Origin: an uncultured virus (IMG/VR IMGVR_UViG_3300038441_002670) | Taxonomy: Duplodnaviria; Heunggongvirae; Uroviricota; Caudoviricetes | IMG/VR virus record: IMGVR_UViG_3300038441_002670 | Length of the DNA stretch: 64,000 nt | Reading direction: 5' to 3' (one strand) | Shown: piece by piece, positions 28,901 through 38,845 of the stretch | Layout of the letters: each line of letters opens with the position of its first letter | How positions within the stretch are numbered: the first letter of the stretch is position 1 | The notes under the pieces: generated by a model | What the model saw: the letters and a program-made list of their open reading frames with translations, nothing else | Told to the model about the DNA's origin: nothing | Databases searched by the model: none | Program-made: the position numbers and the translations under genes

Positions 28901-29482
28901 ATGGCGATATATCCGTTGTCACCAACACCGTCGAGCATCAGCGCCGCAGCAATTATAGATCCAATGCACCAGTTCCAGACCGATTCGGGGTACGAAATCA
29001 GGCGTCCCATGCACAGCCGAGGCCGTCGCCAGTTTCAGGTCTCGTACCTGAACCTGAATGCCGCCGAGATGCGCGTGATCCGTGATTTCTTCCAGACGCG
29101 CCGCGCCGGTGCCCTCGACTTTGAGTGGCTGCACTCCACCGCCTTTGACACCGTGACCTACACCAATACCAGCCCGGTCGTGTGTGTGCTGCAACATAGC
29201 TACCAGACGGGTCAGATCGTGTGGATCAATAGCAGCGTGCCCAATACGAGCCTCAATGGCTTTTGGACGGTGCAGCGGATTGACCCCACGTCCTTTGCGC
29301 TTGCGGGCTCCAACGCGGGCGGGCCGGGCTCGTGCAACGTCGTGACGTACCTGCCGCATGCCATCGGACGCTTTGCGGACGGCGTGATGGAATCTCCGAT
29401 CAAATTACTCGGGCCTGAAACGAATAATCTTGATAGACGCACTGCATTTCAAATGAGTGTAATTATCGAGGAACTGCTTTAA
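28901..29482 (+). CDS. distal tail (gpM/Dit-like) protein with FCCH-like insertion
   Basis: DSGYEIRR, RRQF..SY, FF..R.G...F.W; inserted HSYQTGQIV...LNG.W.V..ID segment. Confidence 0.75.
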   Translation: MAIYPLSPTPSSISAAAIIDPMHQFQTDSGYEIRRPMHSRGRRQFQVSYLNLNAAEMRVIRDFFQTRRAGALDFEWLHSTAFDTVTYTNTSPVVCVLQHSYQTGQIVWINSSVPNTSLNGFWTVQRIDPTSFALAGSNAGGPGSCNVVTYLPHAIGRFADGVMESPIKLLGPETNNLDRRTAFQMSVIIEELL

Positions 29483-29499
29483 GTCGAGGAGAGAAACTC

Positions 29500-30007
29500 G
29501 TGCCACGATTGCTTTCAGCGGCGTCGATTAGAGAGAAAAATCAATTACAATCAGATCACGTACTGAGCATGTTATTCCAGTTAGATATACCAAGCACTCC
29601 ATCGCCATATCGTCTGGCGCATGCGGATCAGGATATTGTCTTTCATGGCTTAACGTTTCTCAGATTCCCGGTGAATCTTTGACTCGCTCGAAGACGCGAA
29701 CTCCCTGACCCTCACGCGCCTGCGCATCACAGCAGGGAACGTCGATCAGGGCTTCCAATCCTTGCTGGAGACGTACTGGGGGCCAGCCACGGTCTGGACC
29801 GCTACCATCTGGCAGGTCGATCTGATGCAGCCAGACGAGACGCCCTTTGCGGCAGGAGAACTCTTTACCGTGATGCAGGTGGCGACCGACTTTGTGAGCG
29901 CGGTTATCGACGTGCAGGCAGAAGGTATTACTCTTTCTGGAACTATGCCCAAGCGACGCTACACAGCTAGTTCTGGTTATCCTAATATTCCTAGAAGGTT
30001 GCTATGA
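29500..30007 (+). CDS. tail tip protein (gpL/DUF1833-like), requires a +1 frameshift at CTT-TGA-C (29677-29683)
   Basis: ORF 29500..29682 joins the +1 frame of ORF 29762..30007 (open from 29681), giving about 168 aa ...RFPVNL-DSLEDANSLTLTRLRITAGNVD... Confidence 0.75.
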
Positions 30008-30399
30008 GTACCGTCGCCATGCCAGACCTCGCAGCCCTGGTTGATCCGATTTTGGGGCTCCCATACGAGCAGTACCATTGCTGGAACCTGGTGCGCTACT
30101 TGTTTGAGCAGGGGTGGGGCATTCAGTTTGACGATGATCCGGCGCACGCCCTGGCGCAGGTTGAGGAAATCTGGTTCGTCGGTGACACCACGGACCCACT
30201 GACGCTGACCCAACCGTGGGACTGTTGGATTATGCGGACGAAAGGGATCGCCTCCAGTCATGTGGGCATTGTGCTGGATACGCAGTCTATGGTGCACACG
30301 CGCAAGGCGATTGGCGTGTGCTTGGAGCCACTGAAAGCATGGGCACCACCACGCTCGACCCGGTTGATGCAAATTGCGCGCCTGAAGCGCCTGCGCTAG
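30004..30399 (+). CDS. NlpC/P60-like tail tip protein (gpK-like)
   Basis: GLPY...CWNLV and HVGIV....MVH catalytic motifs. Confidence 0.85.
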   Translation: MSTVAMPDLAALVDPILGLPYEQYHCWNLVRYLFEQGWGIQFDDDPAHALAQVEEIWFVGDTTDPLTLTQPWDCWIMRTKGIASSHVGIVLDTQSMVHTRKAIGVCLEPLKAWAPPRSTRLMQIARLKRLR

Positions 30400-33300
30400 C
30401 CACTGTCGCCTGTCTCCTGGTGCTGTCGCCGCTGCCAGGGCGTGATGGCCGCCTACGCACCCGCTGCGAGCAGTTCCCGGCGGGCGATCCCTTAGAGGCG
30501 TATCTGCCTGAAGGAGAAGCCCTGGCGCGGGTGTGTATCAACGGCGGCATCATTGCCCCGGAGCACTACGCCCACGTCATCCCCAGGGCAGGCGATGAGA
30601 TCTGGCTGTGGCCTGCGTGGGAGGGGGTGGAAATCTGGCTCCCGCTCGCCTCGATTGCCCTGAGTCTCCTCCTGACGACCGCCTCCCACTTCCTCTTTCG
30701 TCCCAAGCCCCTGCTCCTCCCCCAGCAGCCCCAGATGACCGGGGAAACCGAACGCACGTTTAGCTTTGAGGGCATTCGTACGGCGATCGGTCCGGGCGGC
30801 GTTGTCCCCGTAGTCTATGGGCGGCACCGCATTGGCGGCCAGCTCCTCCTCGCCACCGTGGATCATGTGGCCACCGTGATTGATGACGGCATCAGCAGCC
30901 CTGGCGTGGCCATTGTCGCTGTGGGCCACGGCGAGCCCTCCGACATTGTCTTTGTGACGGCGCCCGGTCATGGCTTTGCCACCGACCAGACGATCCTGAT
31001 TGAAGGCGTCCAGGGTAAAACGGCGGTCAATCGGCAGTGGACGATTGCTGTCGTGGACAATGACACGTTTGTGCTCAAATTCTCGTGGGGTGTGGGCTTC
31101 GACCAACCCTATCTGGGCGGCGGCACCGCCCGCCTGCAAAACGTGGGGGCGCGTAGCTATCAGGCCGTCACCAACCCGCCCACCTTGTCGCTGATGATGG
31201 CCCTGTGCGAAGGCCCGATTGACGCCATCCTCACCGAGACGATCCAGATTAACGGCCAACCCCTGGCGAATTTCCCCGGCGTGCAGGTGTATACGGGTCT
31301 GGGCGAGGCGAACCAACCGGCCATTGCCGAGTTTGGCGGGGCGCGTAACACGTTCAGCGATGGCCGGGAGTTGCTGGTAGAGACCCCGCTGACCTACACG
31401 AGTAATGGCATCTTACATGCGTTTACACTCAATTTCACGTTCGCGGAAGGGCTCTACTTTCTCGATGCCAAGGGCGAGAAAAACTCCAATGCCGTGACCC
31501 TGCGCTACCGCTATGCGCTCACGGGCACGGGAGCCTGGTCCGCCTGGTCGCAGTTTCAGGTGGGGGCGGATCGCACAGCCACCGTCCGCATCGGCGTGCG
31601 CCGTGAGGGGCTCATGCTGGCCCAGTACGATATTCAGATGGAGTTCGTGCACGTCCTCAACAACGATGAGTTGCGCTCGCGCTACCGCCCCTCACTCGAA
31701 AGTGTGACGGAACACCTGCCGGAAACGTACGCCTATCCCCACACCGTCATGCTCGGCTTGCGCGCGGTCGCCACCGACGCCTTGCGGGGGGCGCTCCCCA
31801 ATATTACCGTCGAGGTGCGCGGGCGGCGCGTGCGCGTCGGCACCCTGGCTCCGGTGGAGACGTGGAGTGACAACCCGGCCTGGTGCATGATGGATGCGCT
31901 CACCAATACGCGCTATGGCCGCGGCGTGTCCGATAGCGAGATCGACCTCACGTCCTTTAGCGTCTTCGCGGCCTACTGCGCGGAAACGATTGCCGGGGAA
32001 ACCCGCCACACGCTCAACTATGTCCTCGACCGCGAGACGCGGGCGCAGCAGTTTTTCCTCGAAACGATGGGCGGGGCGCGGGGTTTGCTCCTCAAGTCGG
32101 CCGGCCAGTGGCAAGCGCGGCCCACCCGCCCGGAGACGCCGACATGCCTCCTCTCCTGGGCCAGTGTGAGTAATGTGCGCCTCACGTATCTGCGCGATGC
32201 CGATAACATCAATGTCCTCGAAGCCCGCTTTGCCAATGAAGACCAGGACTACGAACAGGATGTGCAGACCTGGCCCACGATTGACCAGTGGCCCCCCGAA
32301 ATCCACAAGCAGAGTCTCGACTTGCGCGGCATTACCAAGCCCTCGCGGGTGCAGCGGGCACTCCAGTTTGAACTCAATCGGCGGCGCTATGAGAATGTCC
32401 AGTTAGAGATGGACTGCTCCCCCGAAGCCCTCCCCATGCAACTGCATGACCTCTTTCGCTTTGCCCACCCGCTCCCCGGCTGGGGTGTCTCAGGGCGCAT
32501 TATGCCAGGGTCCACGAATGCGATCCTCCAGGTGGATGAGGACTGCCTGATCGAGTTCGGGCTCTATTACTGTGTCTACGTGCGGCATGAAGATGACACA
32601 ATCGAGATGCGCAATATCATCAACATTGTGGTGGGCTCCGTGCGGACGCTCTATCTCCAGACCGTGCTGAACCAGACACCCGCGCCGCGCACCGCCACGT
32701 GGGTGTTTGGGCGGCTGGCACCGGATTTCGTGACGGATGCCTCGACGCGCACCTTTCGCGTGACGAACCTGCAACGCCGCTCCGATACCACGGTCCATGT
32801 CGAAGCCATCATCCATAACCCGGCGATCTATGATGAGCCCACGGCGACACCCCTACCCCCCATCACGACGCTGTTTAACCCGCTGGGGCCTCCCCCGCCG
32901 CTCACGATCCTCATAGCGACCGAGGCCACCCGGGTGCAGGCCAGTGGCGCCAGCTTGCGGGTGGTCAACCTGTCGTGGGATGTGGCGGAGTTGAGTAGCG
33001 CTTATGCGCCCTATGCCGGGGCGACCATTCTGCGCCGGACGGTCCTGGTGAGTGGCACGATGGGGCAAGCCCAGGCGGGCGCGATTGCCTTCGGGGCGAT
33101 CAGCGACCCGAACGACCCCAATATCAACTATATCCAGCTCACGCAGGTGCGTGGGCATGTGCTGGACTGGGATGACTATACGGTGGTCAGCGGGGCGACG
33201 TACCAGTATCGGGTGATCCCGGTGTCGAGCCTCGGGGTGCCGAACAACGCGGGCTCCCGCGAGGTCCTGATCCATGTGGCCGGGCCGACCACGCCGGGCT

Positions 33301-35651
33301 ATTATCCGGGCACGGTGCGCAATTTGCGCCTTAAAGGCCAACCGGTGGGGGCGACGATCTGGGAAGGCCGTGATGTGCATGTGGAGTGGGACCGCGTCGC
33401 CGACAGTCCGCTCTTTAGCGAGACGTTTTTTGTCCAAGAGTATATCGTGCAGGTGTGGGCGCCCGGCCAGGTCTATCTGCTGCGCAGTTTCAGTGTGCCG
33501 CTTCAGCCCGTGGGCCAGTCCGCCCAGTTTACCTATACGCGGGCGCAAAATGAAGAGGATCAGATTCATGCGGGCTTTGCCGGGGCGCGGCGCGACCTGC
33601 AAATTATGGTGTGGGCCCGCACCAATACCGGGGCAGAGTCGCTGGTGCCTGCCATTATCGTGGTGACGAATCCGCCCCCGGACATGAGTGTCATTGATCT
33701 CGACATTACGCCCCTCGCCACGAGTGTGGCGATCAAGTGGAATCAATGGCGGGAGCCGCGCGACTTCGAGCGCTACGAGCTCTACCTTGATGTGGTCGAT
33801 CCACCCATCGCCATTTATCAAAGCGTCAGTGCGCTCACCGATACGGCGGGCATTCAGGGGCTGACTCCTGGCGTTACGTACTATACCTATGTGCTCCCTT
33901 ATGATACCTTCGGACCTGGCATCCCCACGTTTACTGAGTCGTTTGTCCCGTTTGGCTTCGACCTGACCTTACTGGAGAAAGACCCGCCAGGCGTGCCAAC
34001 CGGCTTGACGCTGACGACGGGGACGGACATCAGCCAGGACGGGACGATTGTGCCATGGGTGCAGGCCCAGTGGAACCACAACCCGGAAGCCGACTTGCGC
34101 GGCTATCAACTCTCGTTTCGTATTGAGCCCAGCAACGGCGGAGCGCCCACGGTTGTGCATGCCGCCGCTGGGGATACCCGCTACCGCATGAACGTGCCAG
34201 GGGCGCTCACCATTTTCTGTAAAATTGCCGCTGAAGACCGCTTGAGTAACATCAGTGCCTATAGCGCGGAGGTCCAGATTACCAGTGGCCGGGATACGGT
34301 GGCACCCGGGCCATGTAGCAATTTGACGATTATTGGCTCGACACAAAAAGTCCACCTGCTTTGGACCCCGTCGATCAATGCCCCGGATTATGCCTATGCG
34401 GAAGTCTTTGCCTCCGCCACCAACAATCTCGCCAATGGGGGCATCGTCGGGCAAGGCCAGTTCAGCTATGAGCATGCCGGATTCACGGCCAATCAGACCG
34501 TGTATTTCTGGGTACGAGCGGTGGACACCTCGGGCAATAAGAGCACCTTTTTTCCGGCCTCGCCGACCGCCGGGGTCCCCGGCACGGCAGGGCAACTCGA
34601 TACGACCTACATCTCGTCGCTGGCCGCCGACAAGATCATTGCAGGCATCATGACAGCCCTGGTCAAAATTGGCGTGGCCGGGATGATCGACCTGGATGGC
34701 CCGAACCAGCTCATTACCGTCAAGGAGTCCCAAACCGGCAACGCGCGCGTCTACATGGGACGCCTGGGGACTCTGGGCACCGACTGGGGTTTGATGGTGC
34801 TCGACGCCGCCGGGCGCATTATGTTTGATGCCCGCGACTCGGGCGTGACCGCCTTTGGCATCAAGACGGGCGCGATTCAGGCCGGGCATATCACCACCAC
34901 GACTGCGGTCATTACCGCGGCGGCGCAAATTGCCTTTGCAATCATTACTGATGCCCATATCACCAACTTGTCGGCGAGTAAAATCCAGGCTGGCACGGTC
35001 GCGGCTCAGGTCTTTTGGGGCACGGCGGCCAACGGCGTCGGCACGCATATCGTTCTCGACGGGGTCAACCATAATATCGTCATCTATGACGATGTCGGCC
35101 AGCTCCGCACCGTCATGGGGAACTTCGGCGGCAATTACGGCTTTTATGCCTTTGCCCCCGATGGGACCCTCATGTGGGACTCGGTCAACGGCGCCACCAC
35201 GCGCGGCATTGGTAACGATACCATTACGACCGTGAAAATCGTCAACGAGACCATCACGACCGTGAAAGTGGCGGATAACGCCATTACCAATAGCGTGCAG
35301 TATGTGGATGACACGACGCTCAGTGTCACGACGAGCGAAACAGCAGCCGCGAGCCTCGTCTTTGACCTCAATACGAACGATCAAGTGCTGATGTGGGCCA
35401 TGGGCACGGGTGCCAACACCGGCACCAGCGCCCTCACTATTCGCATCCGGCTCGACTCGGTCGGCGGGGGAGAAATTGCCTACGGCCAGTATGGCGGGGC
35501 CGGGAAATCGACCGTTGCCACGCAAGCCGTCTACACCCATACGGGGGCGCCCGGCGTGCGCGCCTTTGTGTTCACCATGCACAATGGCGGCGGCAGTGAT
35601 ATCGTCGCGCTCGATCATCGCAAATTTATCGGCATTCGGAGACAAAAGTGA
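30339..35651 (+). CDS. central tail tip / host specificity protein (gpI-gpJ fusion) with Fn3 domains
   Basis: N-terminal ubiquitin-like VCINGG..GDEI, VPVVYGRHRIGG, LCEGPI, WSDNPAW, YG, Fn3 repeats (VRAVDTSGNKS); start uncertain. Confidence 0.88.
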   Translation: MGTTTLDPVDANCAPEAPALATVACLLVLSPLPGRDGRLRTRCEQFPAGDPLEAYLPEGEALARVCINGGIIAPEHYAHVIPRAGDEIWLWPAWEGVEIWLPLASIALSLLLTTASHFLFRPKPLLLPQQPQMTGETERTFSFEGIRTAIGPGGVVPVVYGRHRIGGQLLLATVDHVATVIDDGISSPGVAIVAVGHGEPSDIVFVTAPGHGFATDQTILIEGVQGKTAVNRQWTIAVVDNDTFVLKFSWGVGFDQPYLGGGTARLQNVGARSYQAVTNPPTLSLMMALCEGPIDAILTETIQINGQPLANFPGVQVYTGLGEANQPAIAEFGGARNTFSDGRELLVETPLTYTSNGILHAFTLNFTFAEGLYFLDAKGEKNSNAVTLRYRYALTGTGAWSAWSQFQVGADRTATVRIGVRREGLMLAQYDIQMEFVHVLNNDELRSRYRPSLESVTEHLPETYAYPHTVMLGLRAVATDALRGALPNITVEVRGRRVRVGTLAPVETWSDNPAWCMMDALTNTRYGRGVSDSEIDLTSFSVFAAYCAETIAGETRHTLNYVLDRETRAQQFFLETMGGARGLLLKSAGQWQARPTRPETPTCLLSWASVSNVRLTYLRDADNINVLEARFANEDQDYEQDVQTWPTIDQWPPEIHKQSLDLRGITKPSRVQRALQFELNRRRYENVQLEMDCSPEALPMQLHDLFRFAHPLPGWGVSGRIMPGSTNAILQVDEDCLIEFGLYYCVYVRHEDDTIEMRNIINIVVGSVRTLYLQTVLNQTPAPRTATWVFGRLAPDFVTDASTRTFRVTNLQRRSDTTVHVEAIIHNPAIYDEPTATPLPPITTLFNPLGPPPPLTILIATEATRVQASGASLRVVNLSWDVAELSSAYAPYAGATILRRTVLVSGTMGQAQAGAIAFGAISDPNDPNINYIQLTQVRGHVLDWDDYTVVSGATYQYRVIPVSSLGVPNNAGSREVLIHVAGPTTPGYYPGTVRNLRLKGQPVGATIWEGRDVHVEWDRVADSPLFSETFFVQEYIVQVWAPGQVYLLRSFSVPLQPVGQSAQFTYTRAQNEEDQIHAGFAGARRDLQIMVWARTNTGAESLVPAIIVVTNPPPDMSVIDLDITPLATSVAIKWNQWREPRDFERYELYLDVVDPPIAIYQSVSALTDTAGIQGLTPGVTYYTYVLPYDTFGPGIPTFTESFVPFGFDLTLLEKDPPGVPTGLTLTTGTDISQDGTIVPWVQAQWNHNPEADLRGYQLSFRIEPSNGGAPTVVHAAAGDTRYRMNVPGALTIFCKIAAEDRLSNISAYSAEVQITSGRDTVAPGPCSNLTIIGSTQKVHLLWTPSINAPDYAYAEVFASATNNLANGGIVGQGQFSYEHAGFTANQTVYFWVRAVDTSGNKSTFFPASPTAGVPGTAGQLDTTYISSLAADKIIAGIMTALVKIGVAGMIDLDGPNQLITVKESQTGNARVYMGRLGTLGTDWGLMVLDAAGRIMFDARDSGVTAFGIKTGAIQAGHITTTTAVITAAAQIAFAIITDAHITNLSASKIQAGTVAAQVFWGTAANGVGTHIVLDGVNHNIVIYDDVGQLRTVMGNFGGNYGFYAFAPDGTLMWDSVNGATTRGIGNDTITTVKIVNETITTVKVADNAITNSVQYVDDTTLSVTTSETAAASLVFDLNTNDQVLMWAMGTGANTGTSALTIRIRLDSVGGGEIAYGQYGGAGKSTVATQAVYTHTGAPGVRAFVFTMHNGGGSDIVALDHRKFIGIRRQK

Positions 35652-36076
35652 TGCTGCTGGTCCGCTACACTCTGGCGACCGGGGCCATCAGTGGCGTCTG
35701 GGAAGGCACCGACCAGGCCCTCCTGGCGCTCCAGATGGTGCCCGATGACCCCACGTATGGCTCCGTGTTTGCCGACAGCGGGACGCCCAGTGAGGTGCAA
35801 GAGCGGTGGCGCGTGGTGGATGGTGCACTGGTCGAGAAGGCCGTGCTCGTCATCACGGCAACGTCTGCGCCCTTTGCCGCCGATGGCGTGGCGGTGTGCA
35901 GCATGACGGTGGTGCCCTTTGTCGCATGTACGCTGGAACTCAACGGCACGCCCTATGCGCTCACGACGGGTGATCCTGCCATTGAACTCACGTCAGAGGT
36001 GCCCGCCGTGTTTCAGTGCGTGCTCCAGATGATGGCGGGCTATTGGGCAGCCCCTGTGACTGTGGAGGCGGTGTAG
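35648..36076 (+). CDS. hypothetical tail-associated protein
   Basis: Coupled to the J gene. Confidence 0.55.
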   Translation: MMLLVRYTLATGAISGVWEGTDQALLALQMVPDDPTYGSVFADSGTPSEVQERWRVVDGALVEKAVLVITATSAPFAADGVAVCSMTVVPFVACTLELNGTPYALTTGDPAIELTSEVPAVFQCVLQMMAGYWAAPVTVEAV

Positions 36077-36078
36077 CG

Positions 36079-36249
36079 ATGCCGAAAGTGGTCCATGCCC
36101 CCCACCGAGAATGGACACCACGCGAGCGGGCCATCCTGCTTACGCTCCTCGACGAACTGAATGTGCTGCGGGTCGAGGTCGGGCTGCCCGCGCTGACTGC
36201 CGAGATGCTCAGGCAGCGGCTAGCGCAGATGCACAAGAGAGAGGATTAA
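36079..36249 (+). CDS. hypothetical protein
   Basis: GGAGG RBS. Confidence 0.5.
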   Translation: MPKVVHAPHREWTPRERAILLTLLDELNVLRVEVGLPALTAEMLRQRLAQMHKRED

Positions 36250-36250
36250 A

Positions 36251-37756
36251 TTGGCCCAACTCGGCAGCGGCAACAATTCGAGTTATCGGGACGGGATTAT
36301 TGACACCCGCCAGACGTTTCAAAATGCGCCGACGGCTGGTCCTGATTCGAATAGTCGCCTTGATTCTGAGGTAATAAATGATGGGCTAGATGCTATTATA
36401 GGTATTGAGACTATATTAGGCGCTAATCCCCAGGGCACTTTTGGCAGTCTCGCCGCGCGGCTCCAGCAGTTCCTCCCTGGTGGCGGGTCCACGCCGTTGT
36501 TCTTTGGCTTTACGAATGAAACGACGGTGGAGATTCCTGGTGTCACGCATAACCTGGGCACGGCGACGCCCCTGGTGCAGATCTGGGATGCCAACACCCC
36601 ACGCGCCGCCATTGAGCCCAGCACTGGCTCGGTCGATCAAAACACGTACAACGTCGTGCTCACGTTTGCCACGCCGCAGAGTGGGGCCGTCAGCCTGGCC
36701 GCGCCGAGTCCCCAGTATACGACGACGTTTACCAATCAAACGACCGTGACGATTCCCGGAGCGACGCACCTGCTCGGCAGTGCGGACTTGCTCGTGCGCG
36801 TGTATACCGTCTCAGGCACGCTCAATGTGTTTAGCAATGCCGCCGTGACGATCGCCGCTGGCACCTTTGATGTGGTGGTCACGTTTGCCACGGCCCAGAG
36901 TGGGTCGATCATCCTGAGTAACGCGGGACCGCGCTACGCTACCAATTTCACGAACCAGACGACGGTGAGTGTGGCCGGAGCTACCCACGGACTCCCCACC
37001 CCCGCCCTGCTCTTTCAGGTCTACAATGCGGCCAGTCCGCGGGCGGTCATTCGGCCCAACTCGCTTACGGTGGACCCGACCACGTTTGACGTGGTGATGA
37101 CGTTTGTCACGCCCCAGAGCGGGCGGCTCCTGCTGATCCAGGCCAGCGAGATTACGGGCAGCGATTTTGAAATCCGGGATGCGGGCGTGACCAATAGCTC
37201 CGCCGTGCGGGTGCTCAGCGACGACGGGTCCCTCATCCTGCAAATGGGCTCCGGGGAAGCCGTGAATGTGCTCAACAAAACGGGCACGGTCGTGCAGGCA
37301 ACGAACAACGCCGGGAATCTCACCATTACAGGCACGGCGACCAAGCCCGGCGGAGGCGCGTGGCTGAGCCCCTCTGATCGTCGGCTCAAGGAACACATCG
37401 AGCCGTTCACCGATGGCGTCGAGCAACTCCTGCACCTCATGCCCGTATGGTTTCAGTATAACGGCCTGGGCGGGGTGCCACGCGATGGCCGCTGGCACAG
37501 CGGGTTTCTTGCGCAAGACGTCGAGCCCGTCGCCCCCTACATGATCCAGCGCACACCCGGCAAGCTCCACTACCGGGATACCGAGGCCGTCGAGCTGCTC
37601 ACGTTTGACGCGGAGGCGATGGTGCCGCTGCTGGTCAACACGATCAAGGCACTCCATCAGGAACTGGCCAGTCTGCACGCGCGCGTGCTGGCTCTCGAAG
37701 CGTTCCATACCCACGTCGAGCCAGAACCATCGCCCCCAGAAGGAGAATCCGTATGA
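36251..37756 (+). CDS. tail fibre with three internal repeats and C-terminal peptidase S74 chaperone
   Basis: Three FTN.TTV..PG.TH.L repeats; SDRRLKEHI, GFLAQDVE, LVNTIKAL coiled coil. Confidence 0.88.
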   Translation: MAQLGSGNNSSYRDGIIDTRQTFQNAPTAGPDSNSRLDSEVINDGLDAIIGIETILGANPQGTFGSLAARLQQFLPGGGSTPLFFGFTNETTVEIPGVTHNLGTATPLVQIWDANTPRAAIEPSTGSVDQNTYNVVLTFATPQSGAVSLAAPSPQYTTTFTNQTTVTIPGATHLLGSADLLVRVYTVSGTLNVFSNAAVTIAAGTFDVVVTFATAQSGSIILSNAGPRYATNFTNQTTVSVAGATHGLPTPALLFQVYNAASPRAVIRPNSLTVDPTTFDVVMTFVTPQSGRLLLIQASEITGSDFEIRDAGVTNSSAVRVLSDDGSLILQMGSGEAVNVLNKTGTVVQATNNAGNLTITGTATKPGGGAWLSPSDRRLKEHIEPFTDGVEQLLHLMPVWFQYNGLGGVPRDGRWHSGFLAQDVEPVAPYMIQRTPGKLHYRDTEAVELLTFDAEAMVPLLVNTIKALHQELASLHARVLALEAFHTHVEPEPSPPEGESV

Positions 37757-38223
37757 CATGGTTGAAGGCCCTTGTCGTGCTCGTAGGGCTCTCGTTTGCC
37801 CCAACCTTTGTCCTGGCCCAGGGGCAGCTCTACAATACCAATATGACCGTCACAGGCACCATTAACGGGGGCACCACGACGGGGTCGGGCAATGCGTATG
37901 TCCTCGCCTTGGCCCCACCCATTACGGCGTATACAACCAACCAGTGCTTCACCTTCAAAGCCAATTTTACGAACACGGCGGCGGCGAGCCTCAATATCAA
38001 TGGCTTAGGAGCCAAGACGCTCAAGAAATTTGTCTCGACCGTTGTGACGGACCTCGCCCCCAACGATGTGACGAATGGGCAGATTATCAGCGTGTGCTAT
38101 GACGGCACCAACATGCAACTCGTAGGCAGCGGCGGGGTAGGCGGCGGCGGTGGTGGCGGTGTGAGTAGTTTCATCGCGTTTAGTGCGGCGGCGTACGCCA
38201 TGACGAACTTCGGAGGGCTCTAA
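37753..38223 (+). CDS. signal-peptide protein carrying a tail-fibre module
   Basis: MTWLKALVVLVGLSFAPTFVLA|Q; GNAY...TNTAAASLNINGLGAK...YDGTN. Confidence 0.75.
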   Translation: MTWLKALVVLVGLSFAPTFVLAQGQLYNTNMTVTGTINGGTTTGSGNAYVLALAPPITAYTTNQCFTFKANFTNTAAASLNINGLGAKTLKKFVSTVVTDLAPNDVTNGQIISVCYDGTNMQLVGSGGVGGGGGGGVSSFIAFSAAAYAMTNFGGL

Positions 38224-38226
38224 ACT

Positions 38227-38733
38227 ATGCAACGATGGCTGATCCTGCTCGGTCTCTTCCTGGGGAGTGTCGGGGTCGCCCTGGCGGCGGTGACCCCCGG
38301 CAGTATTGTGACACTCCAGGCACCTGCGGTGGGGATGGTGCAGTTCCTCCAGGGTACGGATAACGCGGGCACCTACAAAACACTCTTTACCGCAGGCGTC
38401 GGGGGCACGGCGAGTTCGAGCGGCTCCAAATGTAATGCCATGTGGTTGACGACCGATGATGGGACGGCCACGCATCTTGTGACGGTGCAGGTGTCGCGCG
38501 GCGGCATCCGCTATGGCGGGGTGGCGGTGGCGACGACGCTCGGGCAGGGCTTTGTGAATGGCACGCCGCCGCTGAACCTTTTCGCGCCGACCATTTGGCC
38601 TGGCTTGCCCCTGGATAGCGACGGCAATCCCTATCTGCAACTCATGGCAGGCGATCTGATTCAGGCCACCTTTGCCACGGCCCTGACAGCGGCGACCCGG
38701 ATCAGTATCGTAGTGAGCTGTGGTGATTACTAA
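38227..38733 (+). CDS. signal-peptide beta-rich protein
   Basis: MQRWLILLGLFLGSVGVALA|A. Confidence 0.7.
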   Translation: MQRWLILLGLFLGSVGVALAAVTPGSIVTLQAPAVGMVQFLQGTDNAGTYKTLFTAGVGGTASSSGSKCNAMWLTTDDGTATHLVTVQVSRGGIRYGGVAVATTLGQGFVNGTPPLNLFAPTIWPGLPLDSDGNPYLQLMAGDLIQATFATALTAATRISIVVSCGDY

Positions 38734-38737
38734 CGGG

Positions 38738-38766
38738 TTGATTTGTACTATGGATTATGGTATAAT
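38738..38766 (+). promoter_or_regulatory. sigma70 promoter of the EndoVII gene
   Basis: TTGATT-N17-TATAAT with extended -10 TG. Confidence 0.8.
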
Positions 38767-38845
38767 GGCAACACTACAAACGCACTGCCCTGTCGCACGA
38801 ACGACAGGGACAGCACTAACCATACGCTCTGGAATGGAGAGACGC

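Noticed and set aside
29680..29682. TGA read as an amino acid (alternative genetic code)
   Set aside because: The homologous-looking continuation is in the +1 frame, not in frame, and many genes end normally in TGA
33969..35645. Long minus-strand ORFs opposite tail genes (also 42215..43978, 44518..46128, 19309..20709)
   Set aside because: Expected shadow frames in high-GC coding DNA
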